Source: a virus (lineage: Duplodnaviria; Heunggongvirae; Uroviricota; Caudoviricetes). Taken from it: a DNA stretch of 40,635 nucleotides. The translations under genes were made by a program, and so were the position numbers. The stretch lies in IMG/VR virus record IMGVR_UViG_2541047850_000015; one strand, 5' to 3'. Below are positions 18,459 to 28,555 of this stretch, piece after piece (within the stretch, counting starts at the first letter, position 1; every line of letters starts with the position of its first letter). Under the pieces are notes generated by a model. It saw only the letters and a list, made by a program, of their open reading frames with translations. It made no database searches and was not told the origin of the DNA.

Positions 18459-20657
18459 TTACTGCTGTGGTTGTTGCTGGGTTGATTTTTGCAGGATGCT
18501 GCTGATGTCCATTCGTTGTGCATGGCCCTGTGCCTGACTTTTCAGGACAAGCTCTGCATCAGCACGGGCGTTATCTCCTTGCTGTTGCTGGAACTGTCCG
18601 AGCAGTTTCAGAGCCTCGCGGATATCAGATTTCTGCTGGCTATCGGCAGATGCGAGGATTTTCACAACATTTGCCGCAGCAACCTGAGCATCCGTCTGTG
18701 CCTGGAATGCTTTAACCTGAATAGCTGCCTGTTCGTTCTGCGCTTTCTGCAATTCAGCCTGACCAGCAAGAAGTTGACCTTGCGCTGCAACCATAGCCGG
18801 ATCTGGCTGACTGGCCTGTTGTTGTTTCGCCTGTTCAACCATCTGCTGTTCTTCAGGCGTTCTCGGCTTGATAACGCCAGACAGAAGCAACTGATTGCGG
18901 TTGTATTCTTTAAGGTCGTCCATCCCTTCGCCGTCCATATTGTCGAGAATCATCGACGATACAAGGTCGTGCTTCTGCGTTCCTGGTGGGATAAGTGCCA
19001 GCATGGAAAGTAACGACTTAACCGTTGCATCACGGCGAGTAGCGAACGACTGACCGACATCGACAGTCACTTCATAGTTGCCCTGCGAAAGGTCATTAAG
19101 CGCGATAACCTGCCCTGTCTGACGGTCAACCACTTCACCAGTCATCAGCGCCACGTCATCGCTGCCGTCCTCATTAACGATACGCATCGGCGTATCACTG
19201 CCATAGACCTCACGCGCCATAGAAAGCCACACAACGCCAGCGCGGCGCATGGATTTAGCCATGTTGTCCATGTAGATATAGGACTGCGTGTCCATCCGGT
19301 TAAAGATGCTATCAACGGTATCGGTGGCGACGTTGCTCGGCATGTTCTCAAACTGCGACGCACCTGTAATTTGCTGAATAGCCGTTCCGGTGTACTGCAA
19401 TAGCCCGGCAAGAGCTGGAGGCATTTGTGTCGGAGGTGTATAACTGCTGACCTGAGCCTGCGCAGTAATATCTCCGTTTTTGTTTTTCAGACTGACCATC
19501 GGCAGGAACGCCGGGCGCTTTTTGTTGCGCTCCGCCCAATGAGTGGCAAGAGGACCAGGAATCATGTCAACATCAACTACAGGAATGCCATCACCGCCAG
19601 CCTGAGTAGCGTTATCTGCAATCATGGAAACCATCAGGTTCTCAAGACGCTGTGCATCCATCGCTTTTGCTGCGTGGCCTTCGATTCGCTCCTGATTATC
19701 AACAAATGAACGACGCCCATATACCGGGATGAGAGGAATATGTTCGCCCGGAATACGCTTCGGTTCTTCCAGCCATTCAGCGCCAGACAGAAGGCCGCAA
19801 TAAACGCGGCGTTTCTTCACCGTTCGCTCACCAATCAGTTCGAATGCGCCATCGGTTAGCTCGTCGACAATATCTTTGATTTGATCTTCATCATAGATTG
19901 CCGTTTCTCCGCTAACAGGGTTGCGCCACGCCGTGAGCTTCACCTTCTCTATGCGGACTTCGTAGTAACGTCCAACATAGATGGCATCTGGCGTTGACCA
20001 GTCATATTGAGTGCCAGTGTCATCACGAGAAAGGCTTGCCGCGATGGAATCAGGGTATTCAGCCTCGAACGCTTTAGGCGTCATGGAGAACATTTCCATA
20101 GCCCACATAGCATCAGAGCGGTCATATTGCTTGCTGTCCTGATCAAAGAAGACGCATGTCGCTGGGTCGTAAACAGGAAGAAGGCTGATGCGGCGCTGCT
20201 CGTTACTCGGATCCATTTCATCTTCGTAATCGGCACACATGCGGAAACAACCGAATCCACCCGTTACGGCATCATCAAATGCGTTATCACACGCTTCGCC
20301 ACCGGATGTTTCCTGATAGTCAGCGCGGAATTTGCCGTTCATTTTTTCGGCTAAAGCTTCCGATGCCTTGTCATCCTTCGGCCTGAATTTAACGCTGATG
20401 CGATTCTGTCGATACTCGCCAATGATGCGATCACATTCACGGGAAATCTTATTCAGTTCAAAACGCGGATAATGCTCAAACCTGCCTTCATCAAATGAGT
20501 AACCAGCGTTTGTGCTGCCTTCCCACTGTGCGCCGGACACCCGGACGAAACGCTGAGCCTCAATAATCTGCTCACGCATATCCTGCGTTGCTGACCAGGC
20601 ATTATCAAAGTTGCACAGCACCTTGCGATGCCAGTCAGTCATCTTTTTTTCTGCCAT
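18459..20657 (-). CDS. Portal protein (P22 gp1-like)
   Basis: 732 aa with Gln-rich C-terminal coiled-coil barrel region; follows terminase large subunit. Confidence 0.85.
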   Translation of the reverse strand: MAEKKMTDWHRKVLCNFDNAWSATQDMREQIIEAQRFVRVSGAQWEGSTNAGYSFDEGRFEHYPRFELNKISRECDRIIGEYRQNRISVKFRPKDDKASEALAEKMNGKFRADYQETSGGEACDNAFDDAVTGGFGCFRMCADYEDEMDPSNEQRRISLLPVYDPATCVFFDQDSKQYDRSDAMWAMEMFSMTPKAFEAEYPDSIAASLSRDDTGTQYDWSTPDAIYVGRYYEVRIEKVKLTAWRNPVSGETAIYDEDQIKDIVDELTDGAFELIGERTVKKRRVYCGLLSGAEWLEEPKRIPGEHIPLIPVYGRRSFVDNQERIEGHAAKAMDAQRLENLMVSMIADNATQAGGDGIPVVDVDMIPGPLATHWAERNKKRPAFLPMVSLKNKNGDITAQAQVSSYTPPTQMPPALAGLLQYTGTAIQQITGASQFENMPSNVATDTVDSIFNRMDTQSYIYMDNMAKSMRRAGVVWLSMAREVYGSDTPMRIVNEDGSDDVALMTGEVVDRQTGQVIALNDLSQGNYEVTVDVGQSFATRRDATVKSLLSMLALIPPGTQKHDLVSSMILDNMDGEGMDDLKEYNRNQLLLSGVIKPRTPEEQQMVEQAKQQQASQPDPAMVAAQGQLLAGQAELQKAQNEQAAIQVKAFQAQTDAQVAAANVVKILASADSQQKSDIREALKLLGQFQQQQGDNARADAELVLKSQAQGHAQRMDISSILQKSTQQQPQQ

Positions 20658-20658
20658 A

Positions 20659-22074
20659 TCAACCTACACCACAAGGAATTGAGTAACTGGAATAGTCGGG
20701 TTGCGCAGCCGACTCCGGGCAATGCATACACATCATCAGCGCATCAGCCAGGTTAGGAGATGGAATACCGAGCTTCTGCTTCATTTCGACCTTAGTCATT
20801 AGCTCCAGCTTCCCGTTGTTATTGAATTTGCGCTGAATCTGCGTCAATTCTGCAAACAGCTTCTCCAGCATCTTCTCGCCTATCGCTTCTTTGTCGAAGC
20901 TCAGCATGTCGTCGGGGTCTGCATACTCACCGTAGACAACCGCCCGATATGTCAGATACAGCCTGTCAGCCAGCGCGTAATAGAATTGTGCTCGCTTATT
21001 GCGGAACACATCGCCAATAGTGCGAACGTTGTCACCCTGTACGACTTCATCAGCCCATGCTCCGGCTTGATACGGTGCATCTTCATCGAATGGCGATTCG
21101 CTGCCCTTGAACATCGTGGCGGTGATTTTCTTGCCGGAAAACGCTTCCGTTGTCTGTCTGCGTAGCCCGGCACCAACACCATCACCATCCCACAGGTAAT
21201 GGTCAGCGCCGTCTTCAATCGCCAGCGAAGTAGCCCAGTCAGCACCCTCGTTGATGTCCATCAGCAGACCTTCGGCAATGCGCTTAACTACCGAACCGTG
21301 ACGCGATGCATAACCTTTAGCATCTGGCCCTGTATCTGATGGGTCATGCGCAGAGACAACAGCGCCTTTCGCTTTCCATCCGAGTTTCTTGTGCGCATCG
21401 GTTGCGGCTTCAAGCCATTCACGTTTGATAATTGCCATATCACTTGCGCTCACTGGCTCACCAAGCCAGATGTGACGATACAGTGTCGGATTTCTGCGTT
21501 TACACTCTTCCATCTCCAGACGGAGAACTTCAGGAAAGTGCGGGTTGTCGGTGTAGTTCACCGTCAACAGGCAAATATCATCAGGAGGATTTACGACGAA
21601 TCGCTGATAGGTATCGTCGAGTATGTTCTTCGGGTTAAAGCTCACCCATATTTCAGAGAACGGCTTACGGATGGTTGGTATCAGGATATCCCATGATTCC
21701 TTCGTTACCGCTTCCGCTTCTTCCACCCAGCAGATATCAATACCTTCGAGCGATTTAATCTTCGTCGGGTTGTTTTTGATGCCGTAGAACATGAATTCAG
21801 CATTCGTTCCGAGATGACGAATCATTGAACGCTGAATTTCAAACTCAGCCGAATATCCTTCACGCTCGATGGTGTCTTCAAGCAGCCGGATTACCGAATC
21901 GCTGATACTGTTTTGCAGTTCACGAGCGCAAAGAATACGCACTGGCTGACGACGCGCCGCTTCAACAAGCAGCCTCGCAATTGCCCATGATTTACCGCTA
22001 CCTCGACCGCCTTTGGCGACTTTGTAGCGATGCGCCTCAATGAACGGTTCAAAGATAGGATTAATCGAGGTCAT
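20659..22074 (-). CDS. Terminase large subunit
   Basis: 471 aa; Walker A-like KGGRGSGKS near N-terminus; overlaps small subunit stop. Confidence 0.88.
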   Translation of the reverse strand: MTSINPIFEPFIEAHRYKVAKGGRGSGKSWAIARLLVEAARRQPVRILCARELQNSISDSVIRLLEDTIEREGYSAEFEIQRSMIRHLGTNAEFMFYGIKNNPTKIKSLEGIDICWVEEAEAVTKESWDILIPTIRKPFSEIWVSFNPKNILDDTYQRFVVNPPDDICLLTVNYTDNPHFPEVLRLEMEECKRRNPTLYRHIWLGEPVSASDMAIIKREWLEAATDAHKKLGWKAKGAVVSAHDPSDTGPDAKGYASRHGSVVKRIAEGLLMDINEGADWATSLAIEDGADHYLWDGDGVGAGLRRQTTEAFSGKKITATMFKGSESPFDEDAPYQAGAWADEVVQGDNVRTIGDVFRNKRAQFYYALADRLYLTYRAVVYGEYADPDDMLSFDKEAIGEKMLEKLFAELTQIQRKFNNNGKLELMTKVEMKQKLGIPSPNLADALMMCMHCPESAAQPDYSSYSIPCGVG

Positions 22075-22511
22075 TTTCCGAACAGAGTGCTCATCGGTGA
22101 TGTTTCAATCTGAATTGCGCCGCCGTCTTTGCCTGTTAGCTCGTGATCAACCTTGTCGCGCCATTTATCCTTCTGTCGGTTCTTAAGCCAGAAGATGGCG
22201 GCAGTTGTATCAGGCGGGTAATACTTCTCAAGCGGAGTTTCGACAATTCTGTTTTCAATAACACGAATATCGATGTCTGGAGCCACGAAGCCCATAGCGC
22301 GTTGATAAAGACGGTCACTAACTTCTGCATCAGCGACGGCCTTACCCTTTTTTATGGACTCCGAAAACTCAGGATAATCAAGCTTCCACTTGTTAATAGT
22401 TGACTCACTGACTTCGAAGAAATCAGCAAGCTCTGCATCGGTGTAGCCCAGCAAGCACAGTTTGCGTGCCTGTTCGGCATACGCCTCTTGATACTTTGTT
22501 GGGCGCGCCAT
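22071..22511 (-). CDS. Terminase small subunit (Sf6 gp1-like)
   Basis: 146 aa; N-terminal HTH-like segment; C-terminus ...GKDGGAIQIETSPMSTLFGK matches Sf6-type small terminase as I remember it. Confidence 0.75.
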   Translation of the reverse strand: MARPTKYQEAYAEQARKLCLLGYTDAELADFFEVSESTINKWKLDYPEFSESIKKGKAVADAEVSDRLYQRAMGFVAPDIDIRVIENRIVETPLEKYYPPDTTAAIFWLKNRQKDKWRDKVDHELTGKDGGAIQIETSPMSTLFGK

Positions 22512-22513
22512 GT

Positions 22514-22756
22514 TTATGCTCCGGTGGTGAACAGGTATAACGCTTCCTTCGATTTACGCACCGCTTCGATAGTGCGGGTAGTGATATCTGAATTAGCGCC
22601 GCCTGACTGGAAGTGAATTTTGAATAGCTCAAGCTTCAACTCGTCAGTGCCAATGAATTGAAATGCTTCTTCTGCGGCTGCGTTCTGGTTCATGACCAGT
22701 TTGTAAATCTCTAACTGGAATTTCTGTTCTTCAGTCATGGGAATAATCTCTGCCAT
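22514..22756 (-). CDS. Hypothetical 80-aa protein upstream of terminase
   Basis: ORF in track, same strand, 2-nt gap to terS. Confidence 0.45.
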   Translation of the reverse strand: MAEIIPMTEEQKFQLEIYKLVMNQNAAAEEAFQFIGTDELKLELFKIHFQSGGANSDITTRTIEAVRKSKEALYLFTTGA

Positions 22757-22919
22757 TGTTGGCTCCGTTTATCCGTTAAAAGGGATATCAGTTAAGTTAT
22801 CCCGTGTAGGGTATAAGCCATTATCAAGCCCACCCGTAGATAGGCTTTGTAATGGATAACCGTTGCTCAGTTCTCGTAATGCTTTGATTTTTTTCGATAA
22901 CGCAGTTTTGCGTTTGCCA

Positions 22920-23441
22920 TCAGCACGCGATATCGAGAGTCAACTGCAGTTGCTCACGCCAGTACTCGACATTTGCTTCAATAACCGGCTTATCCCATCG
23001 CCAGCGAGCCATCTCTCTTGCCCCATTGCTGGCTTTTGATTTCCGGTCATCGCGAATGCGACATGCTTGCTCATATTTCTGCTGCTCAGTCAGTTCACCG
23101 CGAAGCAGACTATCAATGTGCAGGTCGCACCATACGGAGAATTTCGGATCGCACCATCTTGCAAAGGCAACTGATAACTTTGGATGCAGCCATGTTCCGC
23201 CGCCCCTGTCCTTTCGTGCCTTGCTTGTTTTTACATACCCGGAATCACGGGTATGTAGAATTTTCGATGGTTCACCTGAATAAACCTCATCCAGAGCTCT
23301 AACGTATTCGAGAGTTTCAGCGTTGGACAACCAGTGATCCAGACGCTTCCCGAAACGTTTTGCAATATCAGTGGCATTAATCCAGCCATCAGTATTGAAG
23401 CGGATAGGTTCGCCTTTGTAATTTAGTGGAACGATATTCAT
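22920..23441 (-). CDS. KilA-N domain protein
   Basis: N-terminus IRFNTDGWINATDIAKRFGKRLDHWLSNAETLEY... typical of KilA-N DNA-binding domain. Confidence 0.65.
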   Translation of the reverse strand: MNIVPLNYKGEPIRFNTDGWINATDIAKRFGKRLDHWLSNAETLEYVRALDEVYSGEPSKILHTRDSGYVKTSKARKDRGGGTWLHPKLSVAFARWCDPKFSVWCDLHIDSLLRGELTEQQKYEQACRIRDDRKSKASNGAREMARWRWDKPVIEANVEYWREQLQLTLDIAC

Positions 23442-23586
23442 AGCGTCTTACCTTTTAGAAAGATGAGCCTGTTCGCACAGAAAAGCCGCCCCGAGATGGT
23501 CGCCACCATATACGGCAGTTCTCAGGCTCAGCTTTCTGAAAGACTCGGGATTGTTACGCGCTGCGATGCGCGGTTTACTGCAGATG

Positions 23587-23611
23587 TAAAAAAGCCCCGC
23601 AAATGCGAGGC
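23587..23611 (-). terminator. Candidate rho-independent terminator downstream of Rz (GCCTCGCA-TTT-GCGGGGC then T6 on minus strand)
   Basis: Hairpin with one G-U pair followed by T-run. Confidence 0.45.
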
Positions 23612-23785
23612 TAAATCCTGGTATTTGTAATGACTGGCTCTTATCTCAACGCAGCCCCTTACCGCGCGCCAGATGCTCAATATCAAGCATCAGCAATGAG
23701 ATGTTTAATCTGGATTTACTCCAGAAGTGATCACCACCCTGTCTACAGAGCCAGATGTGAAGGATGATGAGTAAAATTATCGCTA

Positions 23786-24223
23786 TCATCGAAGGCATTG
23801 CGTCCTGATGTATTCCTGCAGGTAGTTAACCTGCGCGGTTATCTTGTCGATTCCACTTCGGAGACGGTAATAATTGAGTTCAGCATCTGCTGTAAGTCTT
23901 GGGCTTTCTCCATTGCCCATGCTGCTGGCTCCGGTCGTTGACTTTGCACAGGTGGCGGCGACTTGCAGGCGCTTACGACCAGCAGAAACATCAGCACGGA
24001 GACTTTCGATAGTCGCGTTAGCATCAGCAAGCTCCTTTGTGTATCTGGCGTCGAGTTCTGCTACATCACGTTGACGCTTCTGCATGTCAGCAATTGTGGA
24101 TGCGGCCTTATCGCGCTGCTCTTTGTAGGCGATGGCGTTATCACGGTAGTGATTAACAGCCCATGACAGGCAAACGATGATGCAGATAACCAGAGCGGAG
24201 ATAATCGCGGTTACTCTGCTCAT
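23786..24223 (-). CDS. Rz: Spanin inner-membrane subunit Rz
   Basis: 145 aa with N-terminal TM segment, coiled-coil rest, directly after endolysin; embedded Rz1 frame. Confidence 0.85.
   Translation of the reverse strand: MSRVTAIISALVICIIVCLSWAVNHYRDNAIAYKEQRDKAASTIADMQKRQRDVAELDARYTKELADANATIESLRADVSAGRKRLQVAATCAKSTTGASSMGNGESPRLTADAELNYYRLRSGIDKITAQVNYLQEYIRTQCLR
23839..24030 (-). CDS. Rz1: Spanin outer-membrane lipoprotein Rz1 embedded in Rz (+1 frame)
   Basis: Signal peptide with lipobox (LVVSAC) followed by proline-rich segment; entirely inside Rz. Confidence 0.7.
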   Translation of the reverse strand: MLMLTRLSKVSVLMFLLVVSACKSPPPVQSQRPEPAAWAMEKAQDLQQMLNSIITVSEVESTR

Positions 24224-24696
24224 ACCTCAATCTCTCTGACTGTTCCGCCAGCTTCTTTGAATTTTGTAATCAGGCTGTCAGCCTTATGCTCGAACTGACC
24301 ATAACCAGCGCCCGGCAGTGAAGCCCATATATTGCTGCAACGGTCGATAGCCTGACGGATATCACCGCGATCAATCATCGGTAAAGCGCCACGCTCTTTA
24401 ATCTGTTGCAATGCCACAGCGTCCTGGCTTTTCGGAGAGAAGTCTTTCAGGCCAAGCTGCTTACGATAGGCATCCCACCAACGGGAAAGAAGCTGGTAAC
24501 GTCCGGCTGCTGTTGATTTGAGTTTGGGGTTTAGCGTGACAAGTTTGCGAGGGTGATCAGAGTAATCAGTGAATAGCTCTCCGCCAACAATGACGTCATA
24601 ACCATGATTTCTGGTTTTCTGACGTCCATTATCAGTTCCCTCTGACCACGCCAGCATATCGAGGAACGCCTTACGTTGATTATTGATTTCCACCAT
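24220..24696 (-). CDS. R: Endolysin, lambda R-type lytic transglycosylase
   Basis: [51 protein letters not shown]... near-identical to lambda R as I remember it. Confidence 0.93.
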   Translation of the reverse strand: MVEINNQRKAFLDMLAWSEGTDNGRQKTRNHGYDVIVGGELFTDYSDHPRKLVTLNPKLKSTAAGRYQLLSRWWDAYRKQLGLKDFSPKSQDAVALQQIKERGALPMIDRGDIRQAIDRCSNIWASLPGAGYGQFEHKADSLITKFKEAGGTVREIEV

Positions 24697-25003
24697 CTTC
24701 TACTCCGGCTTTTTTAGCAGCGAAGCGTTTGATAAGCGAACCAATCGAGTCAGTACCGATGTAGCCGATGAACACGCTCGTTATATAAGCGAGATTGCTA
24801 CTTAGTCCGGCGAAGTCGAGAAGGTCACGAATGAACCAGGCGATAATGGCGCACATCGTTGCGTCGATTACTGTTTTTGTAAACGCACCGCCATTATATC
24901 TGCCGCGAAGGTACGCCATTGCAAACGCAAGGATTGCCCCGATGCCTTGTTCCTTTGCCGCGAGAATGGCGGCTAACAGGTCATGTTTTTCTGGCATCTT
25001 CAT
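24680..25003 (-). CDS. S: Holin, lambda S-type
   Basis: [64 protein letters not shown]... near-identical to lambda S. Confidence 0.93.
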   Translation of the reverse strand: MKMPEKHDLLAAILAAKEQGIGAILAFAMAYLRGRYNGGAFTKTVIDATMCAIIAWFIRDLLDFAGLSSNLAYITSVFIGYIGTDSIGSLIKRFAAKKAGVEDGGNQ

Positions 25004-25401
25004 GTCTTACCCCCAATAAGGGGATTTGCTCTATTTAATTAGGAATAAGGTCGATTACTGATAGAACAAATCCAGGCTACTGTGTTTAGTAATCAGATTT
25101 GTTCGTGACCGATATGCACGGGCAAAACGGCAGGAGGTTGTTAGCGCGACCTCCTGCCACCCGCTTTCACGAAGGTCATGTGTAGAAGGCCGCAGCATAA
25201 CTATCACTGATGAATTCAGGATAGCCAGTGGCTACGGCTCAGTTTGGGTTGTGCTGTTGCTGGGCGGCGATGACGCCTGTACGCATTTGGTGATCCGGTT
25301 CTGCTTCCGGCATTCGCTTAATTCAGCACAACGGAAAGAGCACTCGGTGCATTTAAGACAAGCTCCATAAGGGAGAATGCTCTTACCTGTTACACAGATA
25401 T

Positions 25402-25461
25402 AAAAAATCCCGAAACCGTTATGCAGGCTCTAACTATTACCTGCGAACTGTTTCGGGATTG
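25402..25461 (-). terminator. tR'-like terminator ending the short late leader (6S RNA-like) transcript
   Basis: Minus strand CCCGAAAC...GTTTCGGG followed by ATTTTTTAT, in the position and form of lambda tR'. Confidence 0.75.
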
Positions 25462-25600
25462 CATTTTACAGACCTCTCAGCCTGCGATGGTTGGAGTTCC
25501 AGACGATACGTCGAAGTGACCAACTAGGCGGAATCGGTAGTAAGCGCCGCCTCTTTTCATCTCACTACCACAACGAGCGAATTAACCCATCGTTGGGGCA

Positions 25601-25629
25601 AATTTACCCAACTTTATTCAAAAAGTCAA
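25601..25629 (-). promoter_or_regulatory. Late promoter pR' (TTGACT-17 bp-TAAATT) with downstream qut region
   Basis: Minus-strand TTGACTttttgaataaagttgggTAAATT immediately downstream of Q stop. Confidence 0.75.
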
Positions 25630-25671
25630 TATCATGCCGTTAATATGTTGCCATCCGTGGCAATCATGCTG

Positions 25672-26295
25672 CTAACGTGTGACCGCATTCAAAATGTTGT
25701 CTGCGATTGACTCTTCTTTGTGGCATTGCACCACCAGAGCGTCATACAGCGGCTTAACAGTGCGTGACCATGTGGGTTGGGTAAGGTTGGGGATTAGCAT
25801 CGTTACAGCGCGATATGCGGCGCTTGCTGGCATCCTTGAATAGCCGACGCCTTTGCATCTTCCACACTCTTTCTCAACAACTCTCCCCCACTGCTCTGTT
25901 TTGGCAATATCAACCGCACGGCCTGTACCGTGGCAATCTCTGCATCTTGCGCCCGGCGTCGCGGCACTACGGCAATAATCCGCATAAGCGAATGTTGCGA
26001 GCACTTGCAGTACCTTTGCCTTAGTATTTCCTTCGAGCTTTGCCACACCACGATATTTCCCCGATACCTTGTGTGCAAATTGCATCAGATAGTTGATAGC
26101 CTTTTGTTTGTCATTCTGGCTGAGTTCGTGCTTGCCGCAGAATGCAGCCATACCGAATCCGGCTTGTGATTGCGCCATCCCCATAGCAGCCATCACATCA
26201 GTACCGGAAAGAGAGTCAGAAGCCGTAGCCCGTGGTGAGTCACTCATCATTGGGCTTTTTGGCGAATGAAATTTAGCTACGCTTTCGAGTCTCAT
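25672..26295 (-). CDS. Q: Late antiterminator Q (lambda Q-like)
   Basis: 207 aa MRLESVAKFHSPKSPMMSDSPRATASDSLSG... near-identical to lambda Q. Confidence 0.93.
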   Translation of the reverse strand: MRLESVAKFHSPKSPMMSDSPRATASDSLSGTDVMAAMGMAQSQAGFGMAAFCGKHELSQNDKQKAINYLMQFAHKVSGKYRGVAKLEGNTKAKVLQVLATFAYADYCRSAATPGARCRDCHGTGRAVDIAKTEQWGRVVEKECGRCKGVGYSRMPASAAYRAVTMLIPNLTQPTWSRTVKPLYDALVVQCHKEESIADNILNAVTR

Positions 26296-26480
26296 GGCCT
26301 TCCCCTTTTGCCCTGTTTGACCATCAGGACGCCGTTAACTATTACGTGACGCTCGCCTTTGCTGTCTCGGTTGTACTTGAGCACTGTTCCTCTTGCGCAG
26401 GAAAGCATCCTTGCCACTTCGGTCTGATTGCCTCGTGTCTGGATAAGAAGCTCTGGTATCGTTTGAATTGTGGCGTTCAT
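26292..26480 (-). CDS. NinH-like small DNA-binding protein
   Basis: 62 aa with HTH-like GNQTEVARMLSCARGTVLKY; immediately upstream of Q. Confidence 0.5.
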   Translation of the reverse strand: MNATIQTIPELLIQTRGNQTEVARMLSCARGTVLKYNRDSKGERHVIVNGVLMVKQGKRGRP

Positions 26481-26839
26481 GCGTTCTCCAGTTCGGTGAT
26501 TTTTATTCCAAGCCTTCCGCCTGGTACTTTCACGCCACGAATTACGCGAATGTCATCGAATTGCTCGTCGTCTTCCGCAAATCCGGCGTGGATAAGGGAG
26601 TCGAGTAAACCTTTCAGGATGTTGTCGAGGTCGCGACGGCGGGAGTCCGGAACGTCTGCGATGACTTTGATACGGAGTCGTGATTTGGTGAAAATGTCTA
26701 ACTTGAGTTGGCGGATGATTTGCTGAACGTCTTTTCGGTATTTCTGGCCTTTGTCGCTTATGTAATATTGGCTTCCCCGTCTTCGCCAGTAGGTATTCAC
26801 CGACGGCGGGTATGGGAGCACAAACTGATATTCGTTCAT
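26477..26839 (-). CDS. rusA: Holliday junction resolvase RusA
   Basis: 120 aa; N-terminus FVLPYPPSVNTYW and acidic C-terminal region typical of RusA family. Confidence 0.8.
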   Translation of the reverse strand: MNEYQFVLPYPPSVNTYWRRRGSQYYISDKGQKYRKDVQQIIRQLKLDIFTKSRLRIKVIADVPDSRRRDLDNILKGLLDSLIHAGFAEDDEQFDDIRVIRGVKVPGGRLGIKITELENA

Positions 26840-27126
26840 GACTTAATCTTCCCCTCCTTCAGCAGTATCGCCTGCGTCCTGATCACGCCTTCGAGGTGGT
26901 AAAGTCTGGCGTCTTTGTTGTCGAGATTATGGGTGCGTCGGTCGATTTCATCGTGACACGCGCTACAAGCCCATGCGCCGATCAGGTCGTCAGGCTTCAT
27001 TCCCGTTCCGCAAATTCCAGCCATCCGGTAATGTGCCAGAACTGTAGTTTCAGGATTGCCATTGCATACGCCGTAAATACGTACCTGGCATTCTCTGCCG
27101 CGCGCTTCTTTGCGTAGGTTAGCCAT
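26836..27126 (-). CDS. YbcO-like (DUF1364) Cys-rich putative nuclease of the nin region
   Basis: 96 aa with Cys cluster (CQVRIYGVCNG...CGTGMKPDD...CSACHDEID), position between ninE-like region and rusA. Confidence 0.5.
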   Translation of the reverse strand: MANLRKEARGRECQVRIYGVCNGNPETTVLAHYRMAGICGTGMKPDDLIGAWACSACHDEIDRRTHNLDNKDARLYHLEGVIRTQAILLKEGKIKS

Positions 27127-27331
27127 TTACCTTCCCTCGCAATTGAAGAATTGACTGAAGGTCTTTTTTAATAAATATGCGAGTGCGAATTGAGCAGTAG
27201 TTTTCCTTCATTCTGGCGTAGTAATAGTCTTTTCTTTGCTTAAGCTTGTTGGCATCCGCTGTCATCCAGTCTTTTACAGCAAACTTAATTAACCAGCGGT
27301 GGCAGAGATACCATTTCAGGTAATCACTCAT
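27119..27331 (-). CDS. Hypothetical 70-aa nin-region protein
   Basis: ORF in track; start overlaps NinF stop. Confidence 0.4.
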   Translation of the reverse strand: MSDYLKWYLCHRWLIKFAVKDWMTADANKLKQRKDYYYARMKENYCSIRTRIFIKKDLQSILQLRGKVNG

Positions 27332-27500
27332 CGTCTTCTTCCTCGTACATTGAGCTATTCGGATCGCTCATCAGTTCTGCGCAGCAGTGCTCACACACGT
27401 GAACTTCCAGCACATGCAGCTTCTGACCGCAGTTAGCGCACGTTAAAGCTCGCTCGACGCTTTCTTTCTGGTATTGAATGGATTGGGATGGGCTAAGCAT
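27324..27500 (-). CDS. ninF: NinF
   Basis: Hand-translated [58 protein letters not shown], matching lambda NinF as I remember it. Below ORF-track cut-off. Confidence 0.7.
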   Translation of the reverse strand: MLSPSQSIQYQKESVERALTCANCGQKLHVLEVHVCEHCCAELMSDPNSSMYEEEDDE

Positions 27501-27858
27501 TATTGGCGTCCTGCATCATGAGAAAGACAATCATGGCAGCGCGGAGTGGGTTTTCATCTTGAGTCATATGATATGGGGTACTATCACCGCCAACTTTTCT
27601 ATGCGCTGCCTTCCATAATCCATTTTCTGGTGCTGGAATAATTCCAATTCTGTTCTCTACGATAATCGGCTCTGCGTCTGATGGGCTTTTACAGTAATCA
27701 ACCGTTTTTATTGCATAACCAGTTTCGTCATCCCACTCAACACCAACGATTGATGTTCCCAACTTTGCGATTTCGCAATCTTCGGGAGCAAATCCACAGC
27801 AAATTGCCACTCGCTTGTTAATTTCAAAATCACTTAACTGTGAATAATCCATTGTCAT
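27493..27858 (-). CDS. NinX-like protein (start moved to ATG overlapping NinE stop)
   Basis: Position between ninE and ninF as in P22 ninX; identity by synteny only. Confidence 0.45.
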   Translation of the reverse strand: MTMDYSQLSDFEINKRVAICCGFAPEDCEIAKLGTSIVGVEWDDETGYAIKTVDYCKSPSDAEPIIVENRIGIIPAPENGLWKAAHRKVGGDSTPYHMTQDENPLRAAMIVFLMMQDANNA

Positions 27859-28028
27859 TTCCTCGCACGATGTCTTAGCCACCGGATATCCCACAGGTGA
27901 GCCGTGTAATTGAAGGTTTTTACGTCAGATTCTTTTGGGATTGGCTTGCGTTTATTTCTGGAGCGTTTCGTTGGAAGGTATTTGCAGTTTTCGCAGATGA
28001 TGTCGGTGATACTTCGTCGCTGTCGCAT
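27855..28028 (-). CDS. ninE: NinE
   Basis: [57 protein letters not shown] resembles lambda NinE; track ORF extended upstream. Confidence 0.7.
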   Translation of the reverse strand: MRQRRSITDIICENCKYLPTKRSRNKRKPIPKESDVKTFNYTAHLWDIRWLRHRARK

Positions 28029-28555
28029 CATGCCGCTCTCCTGACGCCCCGCCCGATCGTCATCAATGTCGCTTTGGATACGGTAGTAAACATCCGTCGA
28101 GGACTGATGAACGGTCGCCAAATCAGCAGCATGGAACCTTTGCTGTTTCCCTTCTTCTCCAACCCTGTCGATGGTTCGATAAAATTAATCCGTCCATCAG
28201 TAATGATGCGAACTTCGTCAACACTCTCCAGAGCCTTGCTGAACCATCCGACAGACATATCCTCTGGCACAAGCATCACTATCGTCTGTCGCTGTTGTAT
28301 GCACTGCTCAGCGGCTTTTTCCACCCACGGCCTGATATTGCTGTACGGTGGGTTATTCCAGATTGCACCGTGGCTTTCCCACTCAGAATTGAGCGCGTCG
28401 TCGGCCTCAGTTAGCCAGTGAGCACACAGAGCATTTTTGTCGCTCGCTGCCGAATCCAGCCAGAATCCAAACTCAATATCCAGTGCATCAAAAAGCCAAA
28501 GCGGCGTTTGCCAGCAGTCCTTGTCGTGTGCTGGCGTATTTGATTTGATAGTCAT
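28028..28555 (-). CDS. DNA N6-adenine methyltransferase (phage Dam-type)
   Basis: NPPY motif (IWNNPPYSN); probable start [18 protein letters not shown]... overlapping NinB stop (ATGA). Confidence 0.7.
   Translation of the reverse strand: MTIKSNTPAHDKDCWQTPLWLFDALDIEFGFWLDSAASDKNALCAHWLTEADDALNSEWESHGAIWNNPPYSNIRPWVEKAAEQCIQQRQTIVMLVPEDMSVGWFSKALESVDEVRIITDGRINFIEPSTGLEKKGNSKGSMLLIWRPFISPRRMFTTVSKATLMTIGRGVRRAA

Noticed and set aside
8808-20354. Numerous plus-strand ORFs (60-174 aa) within the structural gene block (for example 9984-10325, 13072-13596, 16294-16779, 17778-18206, 18489-19013)
   Set aside because: All are antisense to or embedded in long minus-strand genes that follow conserved P22 gene order; amino-acid composition is low-complexity and typical of spurious frames.
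25004-25671. Possible tRNA or toxin cargo in the Q-S intergenic region (as in Stx phages)
   Set aside because: The 670-bp interval reads as the lambda pR'-qut-tR' region with no cloverleaf-like tRNA and no additional ORF.
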